A program made the translations under genes and the position numbers. Shown one piece after another: positions 13,601 to 24,818 of a DNA stretch of 64,000 bases. Position 1 is the first letter of the stretch. Each line of letters begins with the position of its first letter. The notes under the pieces were generated by a model. That model had not been told where the DNA came from. It saw only the letters and a program-made list of their open reading frames with translations, and did not search any database. The DNA lies in NCBI GenBank assembly GCA_020137815.1, contig CM035361.1, positions 6,138,001 through 6,202,000 on the forward strand. The letters run 5' to 3'. The DNA comes from Hormiphora californensis. Taxonomy: Eukaryota; Animalia; Ctenophora.

Positions 13601-16600
13601 CCTCTCTCACATCACGTCCCATGATGGCGGACAAACATTGTAAAAGAAGGGTAAGAACATTGTTAATGAATGCATCGTATTTGTATTATAACAGCCCGAC
13701 CCCCCTCCCAGGTTGACTGTATCAGTAGCATGTTCCGGGGGTACAAAGGGGACGTTGCAGATACAGATCACCACCCCTTGTTAGACTTGTTCAGGAAAGT
13801 GTGGCCCCATCTTCTTACATCAATGACCCTTTGTGCACGATCTGTTAATGATACTGAGCGTGTTTGCAGGTATGTTGTTATCTTATTCTGGATCAGACCT
13901 TACAATTTACATGTGTATTTAAAACCCCACTTACCACTGGTCGTGAAAAGTGCTTTCAGAAAACCTCTATATCATATCGCTTATCAGTTTTGTTGCTCCA
14001 GCTCGCTGCTGATCGCAACCTTTGTTCAACCGATCTTGCTGTTGTACACACTCGAAGCTTTAACACGCGGAGATGGATCGCACCTTCTCTAGTTGGCGAC
14101 CCGGATGCCCAGTTGAAAATGCTACCACAATTGACCTGAAGAGACTAGAAACCTGTATTATTGCCACACTACGTCGTGCCACGGGGTACCATGAACCCCA
14201 CAATGAGGGAAGTGAGTTTGATCCGAGCAAGTTGACGAGCGCCTGCCTGAACAAGCTAGACACCAACAAGAAGATAAAGATAATCGCGGACATGGCTGGT
14301 CTTCTTTGGTACCGATCTCTGCCCCTAGCACGACTGTCAATGAAACATCTAGAAAAGAAGAGAGAGAGGAATGAGGTTGTCGACAACCATGTTCTAGATG
14401 ATCTGAAGTCCACCAGGGATCGTCTTCACGCCACCAAGGATGAACTGTTGGAGCGGGACCGGAAAATTATCACTCTACAGGATGAGGTGAGTGCCCTAAA
14501 AGACTCCATCATCTCCATGAAGGATTCCCTACTGGAGACGAGTGTCAATGCTGTGCAGACAGTAGTGAAGGAGGAGATCCAGAGCTACTCAACTGTTTTG
14601 GAGACTGCTGCCACGGCTGTTAAAGAGACCTGTGTATCTGCTCTTGCCCCCAGCAAGATCCGGACAGCCATTGCCAATGCTTCAGAGGATCGCACCACCA
14701 ACCTGATAGTTTACGGACTACCTGAATCAACAGATAACACCGATCGGGACAAGGTAAAGGGCGTGTTCCAGGAGCTTGGTGAAGCCCCAGTTATGTCGAA
14801 AGTTGAGAGACTTGGGAGGAGTAGTGTGAAAGTGCGACCTGTTCGAGTGGTGCTGAGGACCAGAGAGGCCGCCAGGACAGTTCTTCGTAAATCAGCTCAG
14901 CTGAAAGACTCTGATTTGTATCAGACAGTGTACATTGCCCCTGACAGGACAATTGAGGAGAGAACTGAACGGCGAGCTCTAGTAGCGAGACTGCGAGAAA
15001 GGAGAGAACATGAACCTGAGAAAGTTTGGCGAATTAGAAGAGATTCAATTGTTGAGATTGAGTGTGAGAGGGAGAGCGAGAGAGAGTCGGAGAGCGAGGG
15101 AGAGTCAGAGAGAGAGGGAGAGTCAGAGAGAGAGTCAGAGTCAGAGGGAGAGGGAGAGGGAGAGAGAGTCAGAGTGAGATCCAGATCAGAGTGAGATAGA
15201 GACAGAGTGAGTGCGAGAAAGAGAGAAATCTCTTTTTCTATATATTGCCTATTTTCTTTCCGCTGCATTTGTTTGTAAGGACATGGTGGGTAACGGGATG
15301 GTGTACCATGGTTATATGCACACATAAGACTCCTTGTCTTCGAGCATCTGGCTGTGTTACACCGTCCCGAATCCCCACTTAGTTTGGTCCGTGTGGTTCA
15401 GTTTTCGTTAATATTATATATTTTATTGCGGCTCAGTGCCACTACCCACCGTGGTAGCTTTGATTGATTGATTATACACGGTCAGACCCTTATCTTTATT
15501 TAAATGGTTAGCAGTCGTATAAAATATCCACAGGTGTATAAGGTACTAAACAGCACTAAACAGTTGTATAAATTGAAAATATCCACAGGTGTATAAGGTA
15601 CGCACTTAGAACGGTGGGTCAGCGTGTTCCTGATGTCTTGGAGTCGTTAGCAGCTGGTCTGATTCAACTTTATAACCTTCAGGCACACAGTTGTGTACTG
15701 TATCTTTCAAGGTACTATGATGTCACACTGAATTTTACTGAAGTTGAAAATACAATTGATATTTATCAGTCGTTTTAGTGTTTTGTTGGGGAAGGGGCCA
15801 TTTAATTCAACTCTCTCTCTCTCTTACCACTTTCTCTCTCTCACTCTCTCTCGCCACTACCAACCACTTTTCAGTGTTATTGTCGACGAGTTTAGCTCAC
15901 ACGCAGCCCTGACAGACGGCCTACTGGGATTGTTCAGTAAGTTTTAATAACACGCGTTTAAAACACACCATATTGAATATCAACCAATCACAAGAATTGA
16001 TAGATTTAATACCTGGCATATAGTTCAGCCGTAAGCCACTGAGTTTTAGTACTGTAGCTGCTAAATCGTTGTTATGTTCTAACCTCCTTTACATTTGTGT
16101 TTCGCGAGCGGGGTGCGCAAAACACAGTCTAGCTAGGCAACTAAATCGTTGTTTTCATTAATTTCATCTCTCTGTGCAGGTGCGATGGGACCCAAAACAT
16201 TTGAGATTCTCTCTGCCCAACATGGCCTGGAACGAAATCCTGACACTGTTGACGACTTTTTCCGGCTGTGTTGCCGCTACATGCAACATCTTGGACCTCG
16301 GTAGGTCACTTATGAAACATTTGTTTTTTGCAGATCGGAAAGTTTTACAACATGTATACAAAATGTCAGCCTTTTCTAAGAAATGCATCCCTAAATGCAT
16401 TTCCAGAAGTCTGTCCATGATAACAAACGAACACAGTAGAAAAAAGTGAAAACACAAAGATACACCAAACTTGGGAATGTAACTTACTTATTCTTACACA
16501 AGATGGCTGGACACTGCTCCAGGCCCCATTCTCACATGTCCTAGTCTTGCTTCCCCCGAGCGTTGCAAAGTGGTTGTTGCAGTGAATTGTCACTAATGAT

Positions 16601-19547
16601 CCTGATTTTTGCGTTGTATAATTCCCTTCAATCGAGTGCTCTATTTCAAATCCGTTACAACCTGTTAGGTGAAGTTAGACAACTCCTCTTAGGAATTAAA
16701 AATTTGAGAGGACTGAGTACCGTGCCTTAGGACTTAGGAGAGAAAGGTTTTTGGTCTCAATCAATTGCCATGGTTAAGTGATAATCGAGAGTCTTGAGAC
16801 TTACCTGAAAACGTTGAAAGAACGACTTGTGCAATTTTATCAGCACTTCGGAGTTTTGACTTTTCCACAACACTTTCAGCCCATGTGTCCTTACATTCCT
16901 GAGTTTCATCAAACTTGACAAGCTCAACTTGCGATCCATTGTTAGCGGAAATTTGAAACCTAGTTGGATTGGTTTAGGTCTGTAGACACGCAAAGTGAGA
17001 TTGTTACTTTACGCTCCAGTTGCGCAAAATTGAAACTGACATCAGTTTCAAATTTTGTAGCTGGTCCAGTTGCAAAATTGAAACTGACATCAGTTTCAAA
17101 TTTTGTAGCTGGTATAGTTGCAGAGTTGAAACTGACATCAGTTTCAAATTTTGTAACTGGTCCCTTTACTAGGCGAGAGAAAGTGAGATTGTTACTTTAA
17201 CTAGGCTAAACAAAGTGAGATTGTTACTTTAACTAGGCGAGAGAAAGTGAGATTGTTACTTTAAAACTAGGCTAAAGAAAGTGAGATTGTTACTTTAACC
17301 AAAGAGAACTGAGTTGCAAACATCTCACTTACCCTGTCAATGTCTTCTCAATTCCCCACAGTATATCTACCCCCAGGGGTGGCTGAACGGGGAGACTTGT
17401 TGTTTGTGTAGCGCAACCACTCACAGTATACGTCATTGTATCCCCAAGAATTAATTCCAAAGTTCCGATCATCACTTCTTGTTCATTCAACATTTCAAGT
17501 TGCAGTGAACCTCTTGTAACTGATCCTGTTAGGATCTGTACTTCACCGAACTCGGGAGATAGAATTGGGTTGAGAGTGTCGTATTGGAATGGGTATCCTA
17601 TGAAGCCTGAAAAAAATAGTTGTGTTAGTGGTTAGTTTTCAACAGAAATTTTACTTTTGGTCAACCGTCAAAAATACAGTTAAATTCTTTCGTTGTGGGT
17701 CAACTGCCAACAATGACTTACCGGAAAACTTGATTGACGCTGTATCAAGATTAGTGAATTGAATTTTGTTTGCGTTCTCCCATCGATAACCATCCGCACA
17801 AGATCTCAAGTCCACCTCTTTCAACAGAATACCATTACAGTAGATAGATAACAAGTTATCAATGTTGTCAATTAGCCAATTATTTTCATTTCCATTGAGT
17901 GCCGCCTTGGTGAAGTTTTGGGCCTCACAATTCTCTAACTCGTACGCTTGGAAGTTATCTTCAAATGTAATGCTTATACCACCCGACTTGACGTTTTGTG
18001 TAAACACTTCGAACTGAATCGCCTCTCGGAACTCTCTATGATAGGTCTTGATGTTGTAGAATTGGGATGCTGCCAGTTTTTCCTCTTTTGGGACATCACT
18101 CCAGAGACCTAAAGGTGTGCACAATAATTTGAAACCATCTAGTTGAGTAATGGGTTTGCATTGTAGAAGACCGCTAAAATGTACATTACTTAAATAAGTC
18201 TAGGATGTATCATTTTCACAAATTAACAAAACCTTTACTTACTGTTTATACACAGTGGTGCTGGTTCCCAGTGATCATTTCCAGTACAACTAACAGCTCC
18301 AGTTGATCGATTATAGCCATCTCGACATTCGAAAGTTGCCGTCGAGTAGTTAGCAGTTATCCCAGATGGAGACCCAGCCACTTCCAAATCAGAGCAATCT
18401 GGTATTGGGTTGTTTTAAATACTCTGCTTGTGAAACAATAACAAAAATAGCTGGCCATATCATATCTTAAAGTGGCGATGGAGCTTACATAGGGAAACGT
18501 TAACTACTTACGGTAGTACACAGTGGCCCACGCTTCTACGATCAAAACATTTCGGGGGTTAAGTTTACCATCCCATTCCGTAGTCTCTGTTCCCGCCTCC
18601 ACTCGTACAGAAGTTCCCTTCGCTTCACAGGACCAAGTGTATGTCTGTGCCTCAGCAGAGAGATCGTCGAAATTCGGTTTTATGGTGCCACAATATCGTT
18701 TAAATCCTATGAGTTTTTAAGTCGTAAGTTACACAACTTTACTATTCAAGAGACAGGTTTATAATGAAACAAAAACAGAAAAGTAATGCGAATTTGTCAG
18801 AGGAAAGATTTAATCCATTTTTTACCTTGTTCGTCGATTACGTATATTTGCGCTTCGGACGTCTTATTGAGTACGCTTTGAAAACCATAATTAATCTTTT
18901 GGCATATTTACACAAAGTTTTCTTTGAATAGGCTAGGGTAAGGGTTTTTTTAAAACCCTTTGTCAGGGTCCCGTGAAGTAAAAGTGATCCCCCCGCCTGT
19001 TCATTGGTGATGTTTTCCCCGAAGGTTCTTTATCATTATCAAACATTTTATCTATGCTGTGATATTCGTTATAAATCCCCCCCAGACGTCGGTGGATTTG
19101 GGGGTTCAATTTGGGAAAAAAAGGGTTATCAAAAATTTAAATTTGGGTGTCTTGGGAAAAACCCTAGTTTAAAATTTCCAAATAACGTAAAACTGAATAA
19201 CTTTATTTCAAAGACGGGGGAGATGGTATTGCCCGGGGTAAAAAAGGGGTGACCGGTATGTCGGGGCCCGAATGATTACCTGGTACATCGCCCTGACATT
19301 GAGCAACAAGTAGTACCGCAATCCCCAAAAAAACCCCCTTTTTTCATTATCAATACAAATTTTCCCCCGGGGTTTTTAACCCCTTCCCTTTTTTTTTTTT
19401 TTGGGGGGGTAAAAAAAGGGGGAAAAAAAGGAAAAAAAAAGGGGGGGAAAAAAGGGGAAAAACCCCCCCTTTTTTTTGGGGTTTGGGTTTTTTAAGGAAA
19501 GGGTTTTTTTCCCCCCCCCCCCCCTTTTTTAAAAAAAAACCCCTTTT

Positions 19548-19582
<35 letters not shown>

Positions 19583-19609
19583 CCCCCCCCCCAAAAAATT
19601 TTTTTTTTT

Positions 19610-19640
<31 letters not shown>

Positions 19641-22548
19641 GTTTTTTTTTTAATTTTTTTTTTTCCTCCCCCCCTCTTTTCCCCCCCCCCCCCTTTTTTT
19701 TTTTTTTCCCTTTTTTTTTTTTTTTTCCCCTTTTTTTTTAAAATTTTTTTTTGGGGGGTTGGTTTTTTGGGGGCCCCCCCCCGGGTTTTTTTTTTTTTCC
19801 AAAAGGGGGGGTTTTTTTTAAAAAATTTTTTTTAAAAAAAAACCCAAAATTTTTTTTAAAAAAAGGGAAAATTTTTTTTAAAAAAATTTTTTTTTTAAAA
19901 AAAAAAAAAAGAAAGGGAAAAAAAAAATTAAAAGGGTTTTTTAAAAAATTTTTTTTTTTTTTTTTCCAACCAAATTTTAAATTTTTTTTCCAAAATTTTT
20001 TCCCCAAAAAAAAAATTTTTTTTTTTAAAACCCACCCTTTTTCCCCCCCTTTTTTTTTTCTTTTTTCCCAAAAATTTTTTAAAAATTTTTCTTAAAAATT
20101 TTTTAAAGGGTTTTTGGGGAATTTTTTTTCCCCTTTTTTTTAAAAATTTTTTAAAAATTTAAAAGGCCCCAAAAAAAAAAAAAAAACCCCCCCAAACCCC
20201 CTTTTTTTTTCCCCCGGGGTTTTTCCCCCTTTTTTTTCCCCCCCCAAACCCCCTTTTTTTTTTTCCCCCCTTTTTTTTTTTTTCCCCCCCCTTTTTTTTT
20301 TTGGGGTTTTTTTTTTCCCCCCCCCCCCCCCCCCCTTTTTTTTTTTTTTTTTAAATTTTTTTTCCCTTTCCCCCCCCTTTTTTTTTTTGGGGGGTTTTTT
20401 TTTTTTCCCCCCTTTTTTTTTTTCCCCCCCTTGGGGGGGTTTTTTTTTTTTTTTTCCCCCCCCTTCCCCTTTTTCCCTTTTCCCCCCCCTTTTTTTTTTC
20501 CCGGGTTTTTTTTCCTTTTTTTGGCCCCCCCCTTTTTTTTTTTTTTCCCCCCCCCCTTTTTTTTTTTTTTCCCCCCCCAAAAATTTTTTAAAAAATTTTT
20601 TTTTGGGGGGGGGGGGCCCCCCAAAAACCTTTCCTTAAATTTTTTTAAAAATTTTTTTTTTTTTTTCCCCCCTTTTTTTTCCCCCTTTTTTTCTTAAAAA
20701 AGAAAAAAATTAAAACAAACCGGGGGCCCCCCCAAATTTTTTTCCCCCAAAAAAAAAAATTTTGGGGGAAAAAAAAAAAAAAAAGGGGGGGGGGAAAGGG
20801 GGGAAAAAGGGGGTTTTTTTTAAAAAAAAAAAAACTCCCCCCGTGATTATTCCCCCTTTTAAAAGGGGGATTTCCGGGGGAGGGGGTTTCCAAAATTTGT
20901 GGGCAATCAGAAAATTTGCTTTAAAAGGAGTTTTTTAAATCCAATTTCAATAGTTACCCCTTTGGCGGTACTTGTAAAGGGGGTAAAAAGGGGACTCCCT
21001 AAATTCGTTTTAAAATTTTTCCCCCAAAAGTTAAAAGGGGGGGGCGGGGAAGGGGGAAAAAAAAGGTTTTCCCCCCCCCTTTTTTTTTAAAAAAAAAGGG
21101 GGGGGAAACGGGGGGGGGGGGGCCCCCCCTTTTTTTTTTTTGCCCCCCCCCCGGGGGGGGACCCCCCCCCCTTTTCCAAAGAACCCCCAGCACCCCCCCT
21201 TTTTTTTAGGGGGGCCCCCCCCCAAAAAAAAAACCCCCTTTTTTCCCCCCTTTTTCCCCTTCCCTTTTCCTCTCTTTCTTTTTCCTCTCTTTTCTCTATC
21301 TCCTTCCTTTCCTCTAAAAACTCTCTTTTCCAAAATCTTTTTAAACTATCCCTTACCCCAAAAACTCCGTATCCCTACCTATCCTCTTTTTTATACTTTA
21401 CTCTACCTCCCCATTTTTACCTCTCTTTTTTATAAATAAGAAAATAATAACATACAGACTAACATGAATAACATTACTTGCCCTTTACTATCCCTCCCCC
21501 ATATTGTATTATAATGTACCTCTTGAATAATTAACCCCCACCCCTTTCCTGAATACTCCACACTCCTTTCGGACCCGGGGCACTTGCCAGTGCTATAATA
21601 TATTTGCCTCCATTATTTCACCTTGAGTCCCCTAACACTGTGTCCGTACTAAATTCAACTTTAAACAACCCCTTCCCACTCAGAATTGTAAGCAGTGGTA
21701 TTATGGATACCTTGATCGAGATTGGAACCATGTGCTTGACGCTCCAGAACAAGGAAGCTCAAGGCAGTGCAGTTAAGTTTCTGGATATGGTCCTTCAACG
21801 AACTGCTCAAGAAGGGTAAGGAGATTGAAATGGAAATATGTGTGCAAGTGGGACCCCGATTTACCGTGAACCCAATGGCCAATTCCACCGAGCAGCCCGG
21901 GGTCCGACTTTTTTCTTTCGCAGGCTTTTGTGGATGATTAGGGTTCTGGGATTGTGCGGGTTTAGTTATTAAATGTATTTCTATCCAGATGTGAAACAAG
22001 TAAGGAATTGCTACGGAGACGAGGTCAACAAATTTGTAACAACGTTGTGCTAGGAATTTCAGGCGGAATTCCAGGTATGTACTATGTTCAGTGGTTGAAT
22101 TATTTTAGTACATAATTACCTACTTTTGCCCTCAATTAACCACTTAAATCAATTAATGATTCAGTTAATAGCTCCACGTTTGTTTTCAGGAGTATTTTTA
22201 AAAGATCCGGTTATATTTCTACATGACCTGGTTGTAGTTTTTGGGGAGGAGGGTACTACCTGGCTCCGTTACTCAATGGGAACTATCCCTATTGGTTAGT
22301 ACACAGTCAAACCCTTTAGATTTGTAACCGCACTGAAAACCACTCTAAAACCACCCAAACCTCAAACCTACCAAACCTCAAACCAACCAAGTCTCAAACC
22401 TACCAAACCTCTCAAACCTCACTTTTCCACAGGTGTTTACGTGACTCAAAATCAAGTTGAAGAGCTGTACTCCAAACTATCATCTACTCAAGTTCAAACG
22501 TTTGACCTTGTCATTTTCTGTAAGGAAATCAACCGATGCTTCACTTGA
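6625..22548 (+). CDS. TNPO3: Transportin-3 / transportin-SR (importin-beta family); N-terminal ~180 aa not found in window
   Basis: Exons 6625-6797, 8116-8269, 8672-8784, 10137-10246, 10922-11038, 11523-11640, 11767-11908, 12572-12714, 13071-13150, 13302-13389, 13466-13575, 13712-13869, 15589-15711, 15875-15936, 16180-16300, 21684-21815, 21989-22074, 22190-22294, 22433-22548 (TGA). Splice phases are consistent. Motifs are colinear with TNPO3 as recalled: LKLGAARREEV, VFKCWGSW, TPGKDLGDL, EVSLNFWF, ERVCRCIRYALR, HSCVLYLSSVIVDEF, NPDTVDDFFRL. Confidence 0.93.
6882..6997. repeat. Imperfect hairpin, possible small MITE
   Basis: GGCTTCTGG..GACTTCACCAGCGTACCAGGA / TCCTGGTACGCTGGTGAAGTC..CCAGAAGCC. 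Confidence 0.65.
8266..8356. mobile_element. Truncated MITE family A overlapping the TNPO3 donor site
   Basis: CAGGTAATACTGGTCCCTGATTGG...CGGTCGGTCCC versus consensus CAGGAAATACTGGTCCCTGATTGG. Confidence 0.85.
8821..9876. mobile_element. Foldback DNA element, 1056 bp
   Basis: TIR CCCAGGTCAAAATTGTTGA, 8-bp TSD CTCATAAT. An internal ~190-bp unit occurs in direct and inverted copies, with a perfect ~105-bp hairpin at 9018-9124. Confidence 0.9.
9930..10101. mobile_element. Tc1/mariner-like MITE family B
   Basis: TIR CAGTCGGACCCCGATTTAGTGG, TA TSD. Confidence 0.92.
11169..11496. repeat. 14-17 bp minisatellite AAACTCCAC(C/A)ATTTG in TNPO3 intron
   Basis: About 20 tandem copies. Confidence 0.92.
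12762..12933. mobile_element. Tc1/mariner-like MITE family B
   Basis: TIR CAGTCGGACCCCGATTTAGGG, TA TSD. Confidence 0.92.
13970..15473 (+). mobile_element. ORF1-only non-LTR retroelement with (TTGA)n 3' tail; 5' boundary approximate
   Basis: Intact ORF1, no endonuclease/RT ORF2, ~270 bp 3' region ending TTTGATTGATTGATT at ~15459-15473. Confidence 0.6.
14073..15194 (+). CDS. LINE (CR1/L2-type) ORF1 protein within a TNPO3 intron
   Basis: Coiled coil followed by RRM-like NLIVYGLPES..VERLG..RPVRV..VYIAPDRTIEER, typical of CR1/L2/Jockey-group ORF1p. The C-terminus runs into a GA-rich repeat. Confidence 0.85.
   Translation: MDRTFSSWRPGCPVENATTIDLKRLETCIIATLRRATGYHEPHNEGSEFDPSKLTSACLNKLDTNKKIKIIADMAGLLWYRSLPLARLSMKHLEKKRERNEVVDNHVLDDLKSTRDRLHATKDELLERDRKIITLQDEVSALKDSIISMKDSLLETSVNAVQTVVKEEIQSYSTVLETAATAVKETCVSALAPSKIRTAIANASEDRTTNLIVYGLPESTDNTDRDKVKGVFQELGEAPVMSKVERLGRSSVKVRPVRVVLRTREAARTVLRKSAQLKDSDLYQTVYIAPDRTIEERTERRALVARLRERREHEPEKVWRIRRDSIVEIECERESERESESEGESEREGESERESESEGEGEGERVRVRSRSE
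16366..19323 (-). CDS. Secreted/membrane Sushi (CCP) domain protein, nested antisense in a TNPO3 intron; 5' end degraded by low-quality sequence
   Basis: Exons ~19323-19280 (IAVLLVAQCQG, signal-peptide-like), ..-18826, 18706-18512, 18398-~18240 (CSDLEV..ATFECRDGY..SCTGNDHWEPAPLC, Sushi), 18173-17722, 17606-17333, 16959-16805, 16661-~16366 (VTIHCNNHF..TRTCENGAWSSVQPSC, Sushi; then a hydrophobic stretch). Two ~130-aa beta-rich repeats (W.I...L.I.CNG-like motif) lie between the Sushi domains. Confidence 0.8.
17018..17299. repeat. Two intronic tandem repeats (3x ~48 bp with palindromic TTGAAACTGACATCAGTTTCAA core; 4x ~31 bp)
   Basis: Directly visible. Confidence 0.8.
19325..21300. other. Homopolymer-run block, probable sequencing/assembly artefact
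   Basis: Almost entirely runs of A, C, G or T. Flanking coding sequence degrades gradually into it. Confidence 0.8.
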
Positions 22549-22850
22549 TGACGTCATCAAATTATGACGTCATCATTTCGGATATTTTCAGTAGATATGC
22601 GGCTCCCAATTTTTATTGTTTCTGAAGTTCCAGTCTCTGTTTCCCCCCTGTTTATCCCCTTTGTTTCTGATTTCTCCCCCCCCCCCCTCCCCTGTTTATC
22701 TTTTTGTTCCCCTCTTTTTTAGCCCTTGATTCGCCCCTGTTCCCCCTTTTTTCTCCTCAATCCCCCCCTCTCACAAGTTTTTGTGGGAAGTGTACACTGT
22801 TTTGTATCCCCCTGTATATCCCACCCTCAAATGTGGGGGAAGTGTACCCC

Positions 22851-22950
22851 CAGGAACCGACCGAATCAGGTCCCTGATTGGCTGATAAGCAGTCACGTGA
22901 CCTAAATAACGAGTTCTGATTGGTTGTTTACTTGTGTCGGTTGGTTCCTG
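22851..22950. mobile_element. MITE family A copy (small internal deletion)
   Basis: TIRs present, TSD TGTACCCC. Confidence 0.9.
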
Positions 22951-23348
22951 TGTACCCCCTTCTCACAGGTCTGTGAGAGTCCTCGTTTTACGTATATCGC
23001 TGTAGTACTCATGTGTGTGAGAACACGAGAAAGAGAGTGAGAGAGAAAGAGAGGTAGGAGACGGAATGATAAAAATTATTTTCCGAGTTTTGTTACACAT
23101 TTGCTAAACATTTCGTCTCCTGCCTGAGCGAGTGAGCGAGTGAGCGAGAAATAATAATTGTGAGAAAAAAATGCAGTTTCAGATTTTGCTTCTTTGTGTC
23201 TGAATACCAAACTTTGGAACAAAGAAGCAAAATATAATCTGGAGAGTGAGTAGGATGATACTGAGAATATTTTTTATCAGTGTAGTTATATTAAATCTCC
23301 TCGAGACAAATGAAATCGTGCCATTTGCTTAAATTTCACATAATCATT

Positions 23349-24818
23349 TATGAAACCCGATAGCTGATTTATCAGTCGTTTGAACATTTTGCGCGCACAT
23401 GATATCTGCTAGCTGGGGGATTTAACACCCTGCTCGCGTTTTAACAGTCCAGTTCCCTTTTTCTCGCGTTTCTCTTGATTTGAATAACAGGCGTGTAAAA
23501 TTCCAAGTAATAAAAATGTGTGTAAACACACAGTTCCGTCAACAAGAGAGAGGGGAAACATGTCTGCAACACTTTTCAATGTTATATATCTCATAAAAAG
23601 TCAAAAGAATCGCATTCCTATCTTTCTCTCTCTCATTCCCTCTTTTACTGTTCAATATCTCTCACTGTGTGTATTGACCCCAATCTTGCTCTCTCTCTTA
23701 CTCAAATATGTTAGGAACAGTTGCAACTAGGTGCCAGTTAGTCTACACACAGTTTGGGGACGTCTGTTGACTAATTGCCAGTATTCCTTGTGTGTTTTAC
23801 CTTGTGTTGTGTCTATTATTTGTGTGTAATTACTACCGGGTTTCATAAACTATGAACGTTTGTTAGCCTATCGTGTTATAGGTTTAAATCACCTCCCCCT
23901 CACCCTCGGCTGGCGCCTCGGGATCGGCGTCGGGATTTAAACCAGTTTAATCGCCCTGCCGGGCGATTTAACTCCAGTTGGCTGTCCCCAGCTCGCGCTG
24001 GGAACAGCCAACTTCATAACGCGCCAGTCTACAAACGTTCATAGTTCATTTGATTTCAAAAGAAAATGGAAACATAATTATAATACAAAAGTGTGATAAT
24101 ATTTTGAATTCCTATCTACACAATAAACACATTATGAAACCCGATAGTTGATTTATCAGTCGTTTGAACATTTTACGCGCACTGGTTAACTGCGAGATGG
24201 GGGATTTAACACCCTGCTCGCTCTTTATCAGACCAGTGCCCATTTTCACGCGTTTCTCTTCATTTCCATAACATGCGTGTAAATTTCCAAGTAATGAAAA
24301 TGTGTGTAAACACACAGTTCTGTCAATAACAGAGAGGGGAACACATCTGCAACACTTTTCAATGTTATCTCTCTCATCAAGAGGCAAAATAGTCGCATTC
24401 CATTCGTTTCTCTCTCTCATTCTCTCTTTTACTGTTCAATATCTCTCACTGTGTGTTTTGCCCCTAATCTTTCTCTCTCTTTCTCAAACATGTTAGGAAC
24501 AGTAGACACTAAGTCTACACACATTTTGAGAGTGTCTGTTGACTATTTGCCAGTAGTCCTTGTGTGTTACCCCTTGTGTTGTGTCTCTTATTTGTGTGTA
24601 ATTACTATCGGGTTTCATAAACTATGAACGTTTGTTAGCCTATCGCGTTATAGGTTTAAATCACCTCCCCCTCACCCTCGGCTGGCGCCTCGGGATCGGC
24701 GTCGGGATTTAAACCAGTTTAATCGCCCTGCCGGGCGATTAAACTCCAGTTGGCTGTCCCCAGCTCGCGCTGGGAACAGCCAACTTGATAACGCGCCAGT
24801 CTACAAACGTTCATAGTT
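23349..24818. mobile_element. Two tandem copies (23349-24046, 24132-24818) of a composite inverted-repeat element
   Basis: Each copy has TTATGAAACCCGATAG...CTA(C/T)CGGGTTTCATAA abutting AACTATGAACGTTTGT...ACAAACGTTCATAGTT. Confidence 0.8.

Noticed and set aside
19738-21439. K/G/F/P-rich ORFs (also 33098-35770, 36988-37752, 48820-49132)
   Set aside because: Translations of homopolymer-run, probably artefactual sequence.
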